From positions 10,292,001 to 10,356,000 of the forward strand of contig OZ059898.1 in assembly GCA_964057225.1 (NCBI GenBank): a stretch of DNA of 64,000 nucleotides. The letters run 5' to 3'. This document shows, piece by piece, positions 34,563-49,693 of this stretch. Source of the stretch: Auanema rhodensis. Taxonomy: Eukaryota; Animalia; Nematoda. The stretch's first letter is position 1. The number at the start of each line of letters is the position of its first letter. Under the pieces are notes generated by a model, which saw only the letters and a list, made by a program, of their open reading frames with translations, ran no database searches and was not told the origin of the DNA. Position numbers and translations under genes: made by a program.

Positions 34563-35817
34563 TTCGAAAATGTTAGATTGTTTCCGAAACATTATGAAAA
34601 GTCAAGTTCTACTGATTTGAAGAGAATTGTAAGTTTTAAAAAATAATTAAAAATTAGTTCTCTCTACTATTAACTGATTGTCGGCTAAAATATGGTAACA
34701 GTTTTTATAAAAAGTTTCCATGATTAGGATTAAACAAAAAAAAGAATTAAAGAGAAACACTTTTTGTTTACTTATTTGATTATAATACTTGAAGTTCCAA
34801 GAACAGTAGAATAAAATTGAGAAAGCGACAAAAACAGTTGAACGATTTGAAGAGAATTGTAAGTTTTAGAAAAGAATTAAAGTTCAGCTATCTCTACTAT
34901 TAACTGATTATCGGCTAAAATAAGGTAACAGTTTTTATTGAAAGTTTCCATGATTAAGATTAAACAAAGAAAAAAATCAAAGAGAAACACTTCTTGTTTA
35001 CTTACTTGATTATAATACTTGAAATTCCAAAAAAAGTAAAATAAAATTGAGAAAGCGACAAAAACAGTTGAACGATTTGAAGACATATGTAAGTTTAAGA
35101 AAAGAATTAAAGTTTAGCTTTGTCTACTATTAACTGATAATCGGCTGAAATATGGTGACAGTTTTTTATTAAAAGGTTCCATGATTGGGATTAAACAAAA
35201 AAAAAGAATCAAAAAGAAACACTTCTTGTTTACTTACTTGATTATAATACTTGAAATTCAAAAAAAAGTAAAAAACAATTGAGAAAGCGACATAAACAGT
35301 TGAACGATTTGAAGAGAATTGTAAGTTTTAGAAAATAATTGAGAATTAGTTCTCTCTACTATTAACTGATTGTCGGCTAAAATATGGTAACAGTTTTTAT
35401 AAAAAGGTTTTATGATTAGGATTAAACAAAAAAAAGAATCAAAAAGAAACACTTCTTGTTTACTAACTTGATTGTAATACTTGAAATTCAAAAAAAAGTA
35501 AAAAACAATTGAGAAAGCGACATAAACAGTTGAACGATTTGAAGAGAATTGTAAGTTTTAGAAAAGAATTAAAGTTCAGCTATCTCTACTATTAACTGAA
35601 TGTCGGCTAAAATATAGTAACAGTTTTTATTAAAAGTTTCCATGATTAAGATTAAACAAAGAAAAAAAAATCAAAAAGAAACACTTCTTGTTTACTTACT
35701 TGATTATAATACTTGAAATTGAAAAAAAAGTAAAAAACAATTGAGAAAGCGGGTAAAACTGTTGAACTAAAACAGTCTTTATAAAATATAAATGATATTT
35801 TTTTATAAAAGTGAAGT

Positions 35818-35888
35818 TGCATCGGCCGGGAATCGAACCCGGGTCGCCCGCGTGGCAGGCGAGCATTCTACCACTGAACCACCGATGC
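35818..35888 (-). tRNA. tRNA-Gly(GCC)
   Basis: Identical 71-nt copy. Confidence 0.97.
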
Positions 35889-37170
35889 TTCGAAAATGTT
35901 AGATTGTTTCCGAAAAATTATGAAAAGTCAAGTTCTACTGATTTGAAGAGAATTGTAAGTTTTAGAAAATAATTAAAAATTAGTTCTCTCTACTATTAAC
36001 TGATTGTCGGCTAAAATATGGTAACAGTTTTTATAAAAACACAATAAGGTAACAGTTTTTATTGAAAGTTTCCATGATTAAGATTAAACAAAAAAAAGGA
36101 TCAAAAAGAAACACTTCTTGTTTACTTACTTGATTATAATACTTGAAATTCCAAAAACAGTAGAATAAAATAGAGAAAGCGACAAAAACAGTTGAACGAT
36201 TTGAAGACAATTGTAAGTTTTAAAAAATAATTAAAAATTAGTTCTCTCTACTATTAACTGATTGTCGGCTAAAATATGGTAACAGTTTTTATAAAAAGGT
36301 TCTATGATTAGGATTAAACAAAAAAAAGAATCAAAAAGAAACACTTCTTGTTTACTTACTTGATTATAATACTTAAAATTCAAAAAAAAAGTAAAAAACA
36401 ATTGAGAAAGCGACATAAACAGTTGAACGATTTGAAAAGAATTGTAAGTTTTAGAAAAGAATTAAAGTTCAGCTATCTCTACTTTTAACTGATTAACGGC
36501 TAAAATAAGGTAACAGTTTTTATTGAAAGTTTCCATGATTAAGATTAAACAAAGAAAAAAAATCAAAGAGAAACACTTCTTGTTTACTTATTTGATTATA
36601 ACTTTTGAAATTCCAACAAAAGTAAAGTAAAACTGTTAAAGCGAGTAAAACTGTTGAACGATTTGAAGACAATTGTAAGTTTCAGAAAAGAATTAAAGTT
36701 CAGCTATCTCTACTATTAACTGAATATCGGCTGAAATAAGGTAACAGTTTTTATTGAAAGTTTCCGTGATTAAGATTAAACAAAGAAAAAAAATCAAAGA
36801 GAAACACTTCTTGTTTACTTATTTGATTATAACACTTGAAATTCCAACAAAAGTAAAGTAAAACTGTTAAAGCGAGTAAAACTGTTGAACGATTTGAAGA
36901 CGATTGTAAGTTTCAGAAAAGAATTAAAGTTCAGCTATCTCTACTATTAACTGAATATCGGCTGAAATAAGGTAACAGTTTTTATTAAAATTGTCATGAT
37001 TAAGATTAAACAAAGAAAAAAAATCAAAGAGAAACACTTCTTGTTTACTAATTTGATTATAACACTTGAAAATCCAACAAAAGTAAAATAAAACTGTGAA
37101 AGCGGGTAAAACTGTTGAACTAAAACAGTCTTTATAAAATATAAATGATATTTTTTTATAAAAGTGAAGT

Positions 37171-37241
37171 TGCATCGGCCGGGAATCGAACCCGGGTCGC
37201 CCGCGTGGCAGGCGAGCATTCTACCACTGAACCACCGATGC
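37171..37241 (-). tRNA. tRNA-Gly(GCC)
   Basis: Identical 71-nt copy. Confidence 0.97.
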
Positions 37242-38756
37242 TTCGAAAATGTTAGATTGTTTCCGAAACATTATGAAAAGTCAAGTTCTACTAATTTAAA
37301 GAGAATTGTAAGTTTTAGAAAATAATTAAAAATTAGTTCTCTCTACTATTAACTGATTGTCGGCTAAAATATGGTAACAGTTTTTATAAAAAGTTTCCAT
37401 GATTAGGATTAAACAAAAAAAAGAATTAAAGAGAAACACTTTTTGTTTACTTATTTGATTATAATACTTGAAATTCCAAAAACAGTAGAATAAAATTGAG
37501 AAAGCGACAAAAACAGTTGAACGATTTGAAGAGAATTGTAAGTTTTAGAAAAGAATCAAAGTTCAGCTATCTCTACTATTAACTGATTATCGGCTAAAAT
37601 AAGGTAACAGTTTTTATTGAAAGTTTCCATGATTAAGATTAAACAAAGAAAAAAATCAAAGAGAAACACTTCTTGTTTACTTACTTAATTATAATACTTG
37701 AAATTCCAAAAAAAGTAAAATAAAATTGAGAAAGCGACAAAAACAGTTGAACGATTTGAAGACAATTGTAAGTTTAAGAAAAGAATTAAAGTTTAGCTTT
37801 GTCTACTATTAACTGATAATCGGCTGAAATATGGTGACAGTTTTTTATTAAAAGGTTCCATGATTGGGATTAAACAAAAAAAAAGAATCAAAAAGAAACA
37901 CTTCTTGTTTACTTACTTGATTATAATACTTGAAATTCAAAAAAAAGTAAAAAACAATTGAGAAAGCGACATAAACAGTTGAACGATTTGAAGAGAATTG
38001 TAAGTTTTAGAAAATAATTAAAAATTAGTTCTCTCTACTATTAACTGATTGTCGGCTAAAATATGGTAACAGTTTTTATAAAAACACAATAAGGTAACAG
38101 TTTTTATTGAAAGTTTCCATGATTGAGATTAAACAAAAAAAAAAGGATCAAAAAGAAACACTTCTTGTTTACTTACTTGATTATAATACTTGAAATTCCA
38201 AAAACAGTAGAATAAAATAGAGAAAGCGACAAAAACAGTTGAACGATTTGAAGACAATTGTAAGTTTTAGAAAATAATTGAGAATTAGTTCTCTCTACTA
38301 TTAACTGATTGTCGGCTAAAATATGGTAACAGTTTTTATAAAAAGGTTCTATGATTAAGATTAAACAAAAAAAAGAATCAAAAAGAAACACTTCTTGTTT
38401 ACTTACTTGATTGTAATACTTGAAATTCAAAAAAAAGTAAAAAACAATTGAGAAAGCGACATAAACAGTTGAACGATTTGAAGAGAATTGTAAGTTTTAG
38501 AAAAGAATTAAAGTTCAGCTATCTCTACTATTAACTGAATGTCGGCTAAAATATAGTAACAGTTTTTATTAAAAGTTTCCATGATTAAGATTAAACAAAG
38601 AAAAAAAAATCAAAAAGAAACACTTCTTGTTTACTTACTTGATTATAATACTTGAAATTGAAAAAAAAGTAAAAAACAATTGAGAAAGCGGGTAAAACTG
38701 TTGAACTAAAACAGTCTTTATAAAATATAAATGATATTTTTTTATAAAAGTGAAGT

Positions 38757-38827
38757 TGCATCGGCCGGGAATCGAACCCGGGTCGCCCGCGTGGCAGGCG
38801 AGCATTCTACCACTGAACCACCGATGC
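38757..38827 (-). tRNA. tRNA-Gly(GCC)
   Basis: Identical 71-nt copy. Confidence 0.97.
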
Positions 38828-40139
38828 TTCGAAAATGTTAGATTGTTTCCGAAAAATTATGAAAAGTCAAGTTCTACTGATTTGAAGAGAATTGTAAGTT
38901 TTAGAAAATAATTAAAAATTAGTTCTCTCTACTATTAACTGATTGTCGGCTAAAATATGGTAACAGTTTTTATAAAAACACAATAAGGTAACAGTTTTTA
39001 TTGAAAGTTTCCATGATTAAGATTAAACAAAAAAAAAAGGATCAAAAAGAAACACTTCTTGTTTACTTACTTGATTATAATACTTGAAATTCCAAAAACA
39101 GTAGAATAAAATAGAGAAAGCGACAAAAACAGTTGAACGATTTGAAGACAATTGTAAGTTTTAAAAAATAATTAAAGATTAGTTCTCTCTACTATTAACT
39201 GATTGTCGGCTAAAATATGGTAACAGTTTTTATAAAAAGGTTCTATGATTAGGATTAAACAAAAAAAAGAATCAAAAAGAAACACTTCTTGTTCACTTAC
39301 TTGATTATAATACTTAAAATTCAAAAAAAAGTAAAAAACAATTGAGAAAGCGACATATACAGTTGAACGATTTGAAGAGAATTGTAAGTTTTAGAAAATA
39401 ATTAAAAATTAGTTCTCTCTACTATTAACTGATTGTCGGCTAAAATATGGTAACAGTTTTTATAAAAACACAATAAGGTAACAGTTTTTATTGAAAGTTT
39501 CCATGATTGAGATTAAACGAAAAAAAAAGGATCAAAAAGAAACACTTCTTGTTTACTTACTTGATTATAATACTTGAAATTCCAAAAACAGTAGAATAAA
39601 ATAGAGAAAGCGACAAAAACAGTTGAACGATTTGAAGACAATTGTAAGTTTTAGAAAATAATTGAAAATTAGTTCTCTCTACTATTAACTGATTGTCGGC
39701 TAAAATATGGTAACAGTTTTTATAAAAAGGTTCTATGATTAGGATTAAACAAAAAAAAGAATCAAAAAGAAACACTTCTTGTTTACTTACTTGATTGTAA
39801 TACTTGAAATTCAAAAAAAAGTAAAAACAATTGAGAAAGCGACATAAACAGTTGAACGATTTGAAGAGAATTGTAAGTTTTAGAAAAGAATTAAAGTTCA
39901 GCTATCTCTACTATTAACTGAATGTCGGCTAAAATATAGTAACAGTTTTTATTAAAAGTTTCCATGATTAAGATTAAACAAAGAAAAAAAAATCAAAAAG
40001 AAACACTTCTTGTTTACTTACTTGATTATAATACTTGAAATTGAAAAAAAAGTAAAAAACAATTGAGAAAGCGGGTAAAACTGTTGAACTAAAACAGTCT
40101 TTATAAAATATAAATGAAATTTTTTTATAAAAGTGAAGT

Positions 40140-40210
40140 TGCATCGGCCGGGAATCGAACCCGGGTCGCCCGCGTGGCAGGCGAGCATTCTACCACTGAA
40201 CCACCGATGC
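40140..40210 (-). tRNA. tRNA-Gly(GCC)
   Basis: Identical 71-nt copy. Confidence 0.97.
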
Positions 40211-41263
40211 TTCGAAAATGTTAGATTGTTTCCGAAAAATTATGAAAAGTCAAGTTCTACTGATTTGAAGAGAATTGTAAGTTTTAGAAAATAATTAAAA
40301 ATTAGTTCTCTCTACTATTAACTGATTGTCGGCTAAAATATGGTAACAGTTTTTATAAAAACACAATAAGGTAACAGTTTTTATTGAAAGTTTCCATGAT
40401 TAAGATTAAACAAAAAAAAAAGGATCAAAAAGAAACACTTCTTGTTTACTTACTTGATTATAATACTTGAAATTCCAAAAACAGTAGAATAAAATAGAGA
40501 AAGCGACAAAAACAGTTGAACGATTTGAAGACAATTGTAAGTTTTAAAAAATAATTAAAAATTAGTTCTCTCTACTATTAACTGATTGTCGGCTAAAATA
40601 TGGTAACAGTTTTTAAAAAAAGGTTCTATGATTAGGATTAAACAAAAAAAAGAATCAAAAAGAAACACTTCTTGTTTACTTACTTGATTATAATACTTAA
40701 AATTCAAAAAAAAGTAAAAAACAATTGAGAAAGCGACATAAACAGTTGAACGATTTGAAGAGAATTGTAAGTTTTAAAAAATAATTAAAAATTAGTTCTC
40801 TCTACTATTAACTGATTGTCGGCTAAAATATGGTAACAGTTTTTATAAAAAGGTTCTATGATTAGGATTAAACAAAAAAAAAGAATCAAAAAGAAACACT
40901 TCTTGTTTACTTACTTGATTATAATACTTAAAATTCAAAAAAAAGTAAAAAACAATTGAGAAAGCGACATAAACAGTTGAACGATTTGAAGACAATTGTA
41001 AGTTGAAGAAAAAAATTAAAGTTTAGCTCTCTCTACTATTAACTGAATGTCGGCTAAAATATAGTAACAGTTTTTATTAAAAGTTTCCATGATTAAGATT
41101 AAACAAAGAAAAAAAATCAAAAAGAAACAGTTCTTGTTTACTTACTTGATTATAACACTTGAAAATCCAACAAAAGTAAAATAAAACTGTGAAAGCGGGT
41201 AAAACTGTTGAACTAAAACAGTCTTTATAAAATATAAATGATATTTTTTTATAAAAGTGAAGT

Positions 41264-41334
41264 TGCATCGGCCGGGAATCGAACCCGGGTCGCCCGCGTG
41301 GCAGGCGAGCATTCTACCACTGAACCACCGATGC
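41264..41334 (-). tRNA. tRNA-Gly(GCC)
   Basis: Identical 71-nt copy. Confidence 0.97.
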
Positions 41335-42852
41335 TTCGAAAATGTTAGATTGTTTCCGAAACATTATGAAAAGTCAAGTTCTACTGATTTGAAGAGAATT
41401 GTAAGTTTTAGAAAATAATTAAAAATTAGTTCTCTCTACTATTAACTGATTGTCGGCTAAAATATGGTAACAGTTTTTATAAAAAGTTTCCATGATTAGG
41501 ATTAAACAAAAAAAAGAATTAAAGAGAAACACTTTTTGTTTACTTATTTGATTATAATACTTGAAGTTCCAAGAACAGTAGAATAAAATTGAGAAAGCGA
41601 CAAAAACAGTTGAACGATTTGAAGAGAATTGTAAGTTTTAGAAAAGAATTAAAGTTCAGCTATCTCTACTATTAACTGATTATCGGCTAAAATAAGGTAA
41701 CAGTTTTTATTGAAAGTTTCCATGATTAAGATTAAACAAAGAAAAAAATCAAAGAGAAACACTTCTTGTTTACTTACTTGATTATAATACTTGAAATTCC
41801 AAAAAAAGTAAAATAAAATTGAGAAAGCGACAAAAACAGTTGAACGATTTGAAGACATATGTAAGTTTAAGAAAAGAATTAAAGTTTAGCTTTGTCTACT
41901 ATTAACTGATAATCGGCTGAAATATGGTGACAGTTTTTTATTAAAAGGTTCCATGATTGGGATTAAACAAAAAAAAAAAGAATCAAAAAGAAACACTTCT
42001 TGTTTACTTACTTGATTATAATACTTGAAATTCAAAAAAAAAGTAAAAAACAATTGAGAAAGCGACATAAACAGTTGAACGATTTGAAGAGAATTGTAAG
42101 TTTTAGAAAATAATTAAAAATTAGTTCTCTCTACTATTAACTGATTGTCGGCTAATATATGGTAACAGTTTTTATAAAAACACAATAAGGTAACAGTTTT
42201 TATTGAAAGTTTCCATGATTAAGATTAAACAAAAAAAAAAGGATCAAAAAGAAACACTTCTTGTTTACTTACTTGATTATAATACTTGAAATTCCAAAAA
42301 CAGTAGAATAAAATAGAGAAAGCGACAAAAACAGTTGAACGATTTGAAGACAATTGTAAGTTTTAAAAAATAATTAAAAATTAGTTCTCTCTACTATTAA
42401 CTGATTGTCGGCTAAAATATGGTAACAGTTTTTATAAAAAGGTTCTATGATTAGGATTAAACAAAAAAAAAGAATCAAAAAGAAACACTTCTTGTTTACT
42501 TACTTGATTATAATACTTAAAATTCAAAAAAAAGTAAAAAACAATTGAGAAAGCGACATAAACAGTTGAACGATTTGAAGACAATTGTAAGTTGAAGAAA
42601 AAAATTAAAGTTTAGCTCTCTCTACTATTAACTGAATGTCGGCTAAAATATAGTAACAGTTTTTATTAAAAGTTTCCATGATTAAGATTAAACAAAGAAA
42701 AAAAATCAAAAAGAAACACTTCTTGTTTACTTACTTGATTATAATACTTGAAATTCAAAAAAAAGTAAAAAACAATTGAGAAAGCGGGTAAAACTGTTGA
42801 ACTAAAACAGTCTTTATAAAATATAAATGATATTTTTTTATAAAAGTGAAGT

Positions 42853-42923
42853 TGCATCGGCCGGGAATCGAACCCGGGTCGCCCGCGTGGCAGGCGAGCA
42901 TTCTACCACTGAACCACCGATGC
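42853..42923 (-). tRNA. tRNA-Gly(GCC)
   Basis: Identical 71-nt copy. Confidence 0.97.
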
Positions 42924-43746
42924 TTCGAAAATGTTAGATTGTTTCCGAAAAATTATGAAAAGTCAAGTTCTACTGATTTGAAGAGAATTGTAAGTTTTAG
43001 AAAATAATTAAAAATTAGTTCTCTCTACTATTAACTGATTGTCGGCTAAAATATGGTAACAGTTTTTATAAAAACACAATAAGGTAACAGTTTTTATTGA
43101 AAGTTTCCATGATTAAGATTAAACAAAAAAAAAGGATCAAAAAGAAACACTTCTTGTTTACTTACTTGATTATAATACTTAAAATTCAAAAAAAAGTAAA
43201 AAACAATTGAGAAAGCGACATAAACAGTTGAACGATTTGAAGAGAATTGTAAGTTTTAGAAAAGAATTAAAGTTCAGCTATCTCTACTTTTAACTGATTA
43301 ACGGCTAAAATAAGGTAACAGTTTTTATTGAAAATTTCCGTGATTAAGATTAAACAAAGAGAAAAAAATCAAAGAGAAACACTTCTTGTTTACTTATTCG
43401 ATTATAACACTTGAAATTCCAACAAAAGTAAAGTAAAACTGTTAAAGCGAGTAAAACTGTTGAACGATTTGAAGACAATTGTAAGTTGAAGAAAAAAATT
43501 GAAGTTTAGCTCTCTCTACTATTAACTGAATGTCGGCTAAAATATAGTAACAGTTTTTATTAAAAGTTTCCATGATTAAGATTAAACAAAGAAAAAAAAT
43601 CAAAAAGAAACAGTTCTTGTTTACTTACTTGATTATAACACTTGAAAATCCAACAAAAGTAAAATAAAACTGTGAAAGCGGGTAAAACTGTTGAACTAAA
43701 ACAGTCTTTATAAAATATAAATGATATTTTTTTATAAAAGTGAAGT

Positions 43747-43817
43747 TGCATCGGCCGGGAATCGAACCCGGGTCGCCCGCGTGGCAGGCGAGCATTCTAC
43801 CACTGAACCACCGATGC
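43747..43817 (-). tRNA. tRNA-Gly(GCC)
   Basis: Identical 71-nt copy. Confidence 0.97.
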
Positions 43818-45072
43818 TTCGAAAATGTTAGATTGTTTCCGAAACATTATGAAAAGTCAAGTTCTACTGATTTGAAGAGAATTGTAAGTTTTAAAAAATA
43901 ATTAAAAATTAGTTCTCTCTACTATTAACTGATTGTCGGCTAAAATATGGTAACAGTTTTTATAAAAAGTTTCCATGATTAGGATTAAACAAAAAAAAGA
44001 ATTAAAGAGAAACACTTTTTGTTTACTTATTTGATTATAATACTTGAAGTTCCAAGAACAGTAGAATAAAATTGAGAAAGCGACAAAAACAGTTGAACGA
44101 TTTGAAGAGAATTGTAAGTTTTAGAAAAGAATTAAAGTTCAGCTATCTCTACTATTAACTGATTATCGGCTAAAATAAGGTAACAGTTTTTATTGAAAGT
44201 TTCCATGATTAAGATTAAACAAAGAAAAAAATCAAAGAGAAACACTTCTTGTTTACTTACTTGATTATAATACTTGAAATTCCAAAAAAAGTAAAATAAA
44301 ATTGAGAAAGCGATAAAAACAGTTGAACGATTTGAAGACATATGTAAGTTTAAGAAAAGAATTAAAGTTTAGCTTTGTCTACTATTAACTGATAATCGGC
44401 TGAAATATGGTGACAGTTTTTTATTAAAAGGTTCCATGATTGGGATTAAACAAAAAAAAAGAATCAAAAAGAAACACTTCTTGTTTACTTACTTGATTAT
44501 AATACTTGAAATTCAAAAAAAAGTAAAAAACAATTGAGAAAGCGACATAAACAGTTGAACGATTTGAAGAGAATTGTAAGTTTTAGAAAATAATTGAGAA
44601 TTAGTTCTCTCTACTATTAACTGATTGTCGGCTAAAATATGGTAACAGTTTTTATAAAAAGGTTCTATGATTAGGATTAAACAAAAAAAAGAATCAAAAA
44701 GAAACACTTCTTGTTTACTAACTTGATTGTAATACTTGAAATTCAAAAAAAAGTAAAAAACAATTGAGAAAGCGACATAAACAGTTGAACGATTTGAAGA
44801 GAATTGTAAGTTTTAGAAAAGAATTAAAGTTCAGCTATCTCTACTATTAACTGAATGTCGGCTAAAATATAGTAACAGTTTTTATTAAAAGTTTCCATGA
44901 TTAAGATTAAACAAAGAAAAAAAAATCAAAAAGAAACACTTCTTGTTTACTTACTTGATTATAATACTTGAAATTGAAAAAAAAGTAAAAAACAATTGAG
45001 AAAGCGGGTAAAACTGTTGAACTAAAACAGTCTTTATAAAATATAAATGATATTTTTTTATAAAAGTGAAGT

Positions 45073-45143
45073 TGCATCGGCCGGGAATCGAACCCGGGTC
45101 GCCCGCGTGGCAGGCGAGCATTCTACCACTGAACCACCGATGC
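45073..45143 (-). tRNA. tRNA-Gly(GCC)
   Basis: Identical 71-nt copy. Confidence 0.97.
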
Positions 45144-46425
45144 TTCGAAAATGTTAGATTGTTTCCGAAAAATTATGAAAAGTCAAGTTCTACTGATTTG
45201 AAGAGAATTGTAAGTTTTAGAAAATAATTAAAAATTAGTTCTCTCTACTATTAACTGATTGTCGGCTAAAATATGGTAACAGTTTTTATAAAAACACAAT
45301 AAGGTAACAGTTTTTATTGAAAGTTTCCATGATTAAGATTAAACAAAAAAAAGGATCAAAAAGAAACACTTCTTGTTTACTTACTTGATTATAATACTTG
45401 AAATTCCAAAAACAGTAGAATAAAATAGAGAAAGCGACAAAAACAGTTGAACGATTTGAAGACAATTGTAAGTTTTAAAAAATAATTAAAAATTAGTTCT
45501 CTCTACTATTAACTGATTGTCGGCTAAAATATGGTAACAGTTTTTATAAAAAGGTTCTATGATTAGGATTAAACAAAAAAAAGAATCAAAAAGAAACACT
45601 TCTTGTTTACTTACTTGATTATAATACTTAAAATTCAAAAAAAAAGTAAAAAACAATTGAGAAAGCGACATAAACAGTTGAACGATTTGAAAAGAATTGT
45701 AAGTTTTAGAAAAGAATTAAAGTTCAGCTATCTCTACTATTAACTGAATGTCGGCTAAAATAAGGTAACAGTTTTTATTGAAAGTTTCCATGATTAAGAT
45801 TAAACAAAGAAAAAAAATCAAAGAGAAACACTTCTTGTTTACTTATTTGATTATAACTTTTGAAATTCCAACAAAAGTAAAGTAAAACTGTTAAAGCGAG
45901 TAAAACTGTTGAACGATTTGAAGACAATTGTAAGTTTCAGAAAAGAATTAAAGTTCAGCTATCTCTACTATTAACTGAATATCGGCTGAAATAAGGTAAC
46001 AGTTTTTATTGAAAGTTTCCGTGATTAAGATTAAACAAAGAAAAAAAATCAAAGAGAAACACTTCTTGTTTACTTATTTGATTATAACACTTGAAATTCC
46101 AACAAAAGTAAAGTAAAACTGTTAAAGCGAGTAAAACTGTTGAACGATTTGAAGACAATTGTAAGTTTCAGAAAAGAATTAAAGTTCAGCTATCTCTACT
46201 ATTAACTGAATATCGGCTGAAATAAGGTAACAGTTTTTATTAAAATTTTCATGATTAAGATTAAACAAAGAAAAAAAATCAAAGAGAAACACTTCTTGTT
46301 TACTAATTTGATTATAACACTTGAAAATCCAACAAAAGTAAAATAAAACTGTGAAAGCGGGTAAAACTGTTGAACTAAAACAGTCTTTATAAAATATAAA
46401 TGATATTTTTTTATAAAAGTGAAGT

Positions 46426-46496
46426 TGCATCGGCCGGGAATCGAACCCGGGTCGCCCGCGTGGCAGGCGAGCATTCTACCACTGAACCACCGATGC
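46426..46496 (-). tRNA. tRNA-Gly(GCC)
   Basis: Identical 71-nt copy. Confidence 0.97.
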
Positions 46497-48009
46497 TTCG
46501 AAAATGTTAGATTGTTTCCGAAACATTATGAAAAGTCAAGTTCTACTAATTTAAAGAGAATTGTAAGTTTTAGAAAATAATTAAAAATTAGTTCTCTCTA
46601 CTATTAACTGATTGTCGGCTAAAATATGGTAACAGTTTTTATAAAAAGTTTCCATGATTAGGATTAAACAAAAAAAAGAATTAAAGAGAAACACTTTTTG
46701 TTTACTTATTTGATTATAATACTTGAAATTCCAAAAACAGTAGAATAAAATTGAGAAAGCGACAAAAACAGTTGAACGATTTGAAGAGAATTGTAAGTTT
46801 TAGAAAAGAATCAAAGTTCAGCTATCTCTACTATTAACTGATTATCGGCTAAAATAAGGTAACAGTTTTTATTGAAAGTTTCCATGATTAAGATTAAACA
46901 AAGAAAAAAATCAAAGAGAAACACTTCTTGTTTACTTACTTAATTATAATACTTGAAATTCCAAAAAAAGTAAAATAAAATTGAGAAAGCGACAAAAACA
47001 GTTGAACGATTTGAAGACAATTGTAAGTTTAAGAAAAGAATTAAAGTTTAGCTTTGTCTACTATTAACTGATAATCGGCTGAAATATGGTGACAGTTTTT
47101 TATTAAAAGGTTCCATGATTGGGATTAAACAAAAAAAAAGAATCAAAAAGAAACACTTCTTGTTTACTTACTTGATTATAATACTTGAAATTCAAAAAAA
47201 AGTAAAAAACAATTGAGAAAGCGACATAAACAGTTGAACGATTTGAAGAGAATTGTAAGTTTTAGAAAATAATTAAAAATTAGTTCTCTCTACTATTAAC
47301 TGATTGTCGGCTAAAATATGGTAACAGTTTTTATAAAAACACAATAAGGTAACAGTTTTTATTGAAAGTTTCCATGATTGAGATTAAACAAAAAAAAAAG
47401 GATCAAAAAGAAACACTTCTTGTTTACTTACTTGATTATAATACTTGAAATTCCAAAAACAGTAGAATAAAATAGAGAAAGCGACAAAAACAGTTGAACG
47501 ATTTGAAGACAATTGTAAGTTTTAGAAAATAATTGAGAATTAGTTCTCTCTACTATTAACTGATTGTCGGCTAAAATATGGTAACAGTTTTTATAAAAAG
47601 GTTCTATGATTAAGATTAAACAAAAAAAAGAATCAAAAAGAAACACTTCTTGTTTACTTATTTGATTATAACACTTGAAATTCCAACAAAAGTAAAGTAA
47701 AACTGTTAAAGCGAGTAAAACTGTTGAACGATTTGAAGACAATTGTAAGTTTCAGAAAAGAATTAAAGTTCAGCTATCTCTACTATTAACTGAATATCGG
47801 CTGAAATAAGGTAACAGTTTTTATTAAAATTTTCATGATTAAGATTAAACAAAGAAAAAAAATCAAAGAGAAACACTTCTTGTTTACTAATTTGATTATA
47901 ACACTTGAAAATCCAACAAAAGTAAAATAAAACTGTGAAAGCGGGTAAAACTGTTGAACTAAAACAGTCTTTATAAAATATAAATGATATTTTTTTATAA
48001 AAGTGAAGT

Positions 48010-48080
48010 TGCATCGGCCGGGAATCGAACCCGGGTCGCCCGCGTGGCAGGCGAGCATTCTACCACTGAACCACCGATGC
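48010..48080 (-). tRNA. tRNA-Gly(GCC)
   Basis: Identical 71-nt copy. Confidence 0.97.
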
Positions 48081-49622
48081 TTCGAAAATGTTAGATTGTT
48101 TCCGAAACATTATGAAAAGTCAAGTTCTACTAATTTAAAGAGAATTGTAAGTTTTAGAAAATAATTAAAAATTAGTTCTCTCTACTATTAACTGATTGTC
48201 GGCTAAAATATGGTAACAGTTTTTATAAAAAGTTTCCATGATTAGGATTAAACAAAAAAAAGAATTAAAGAGAAACACTTTTTGTTTACTTATTTGATTA
48301 TAATACTTGAAATTCCAAAAACAGTAGAATAAAATTGAGAAAGCGACAAAAACAGTTGAACGATTTGAAGAGAATTGTAAGTTTTAGAAAAGAATCAAAG
48401 TTCAGCTATCTCTACTATTAACTGATTATCGGCTAAAATAAGGTAACAGTTTTTATTGAAAGTTTCCATGATTAAGATTAAACAAAGAAAAAAATCAAAG
48501 AGAAACACTTCTTGTTTACTTACTTAATTATAATACTTGAAATTCCAAAAAAAGTAAAATAAAATTGAGAAAGCGACAAAAACAGTTGAACGATTTGAAG
48601 ACAATTGTAAGTTTAAGAAAAGAATTAAAGTTTAGCTTTGTCTACTATTAACTGATAATCGGCTGAAATATGGTAACAGTTTTTATAAAAACACAATAAG
48701 GTAACAGTTTTTATTAAAAGGTTCCATGATTGGGATTAAACAAAAAAAAAGAATCAAAAAGAAACACTTCTTGTTTACTTACTTGATTATAATACTTGAA
48801 ATTCAAAAAAAAGTAAAAAACAATTGAGAAAGCGACATAAACAGTTGAACGATTTGAAGAGAATTGTAAGTTTTAGAAAATAATTAAAAATTAGTTCTCT
48901 CTACTATTAACTGATTGTCGGCTAAAATATGGTAACAGTTTTTATAAAAACACAATAAGGTAACAGTTTTTATTGAAAGTTTCCATGATTGAGATTAAAC
49001 AAAAAAAAAAGGATCAAAAAGAAACACTTCTTGTTTACTTACTTGATTATAATACTTGAAATTCCAAAAACAGTAGAATAAAATAGAGAAAGCGACAAAA
49101 ACAGTTGAACGATTTGAAGACAATTGTAAGTTTTAGAAAATAATTGAGAATTAGTTCTCTCTACTATTAACTGATTGTCGGCTAAAATATGGTAACAGTT
49201 TTTATAAAAAGGTTCTATGATTAAGATTAAACAAAAAAAAGAATCAAAAAGAAACACTTCTTGTTTACTTACTTGATTGTAATACTTGAAATTCAAAAAA
49301 AAGTAAAAAACAATTGAGAAAGCGACATAAACAGTTGAACGATTTGAAGAGAATTGTAAGTTTTAGAAAAGAATTAAAGTTCAGCTATCTCTACTATTAA
49401 CTGAATGTCGGCTAAAATATAGTAACAGTTTTTATTAAAAGTTTCCATGATTAAGATTAAACAAAGAAAAAAAAATCAAAAAGAAACACTTCTTGTTTAC
49501 TTACTTGATTATAATACTTGAAATTGAAAAAAAAGTAAAAAACAATTGAGAAAGCGGGTAAAACTGTTGAACTAAAACAGTCTTTATAAAATATAAATGA
49601 TATTTTTTTATAAAAGTGAAGT

Positions 49623-49693
49623 TGCATCGGCCGGGAATCGAACCCGGGTCGCCCGCGTGGCAGGCGAGCATTCTACCACTGAACCACCGATGC
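49623..49693 (-). tRNA. tRNA-Gly(GCC)
   Basis: Identical 71-nt copy. Confidence 0.97.
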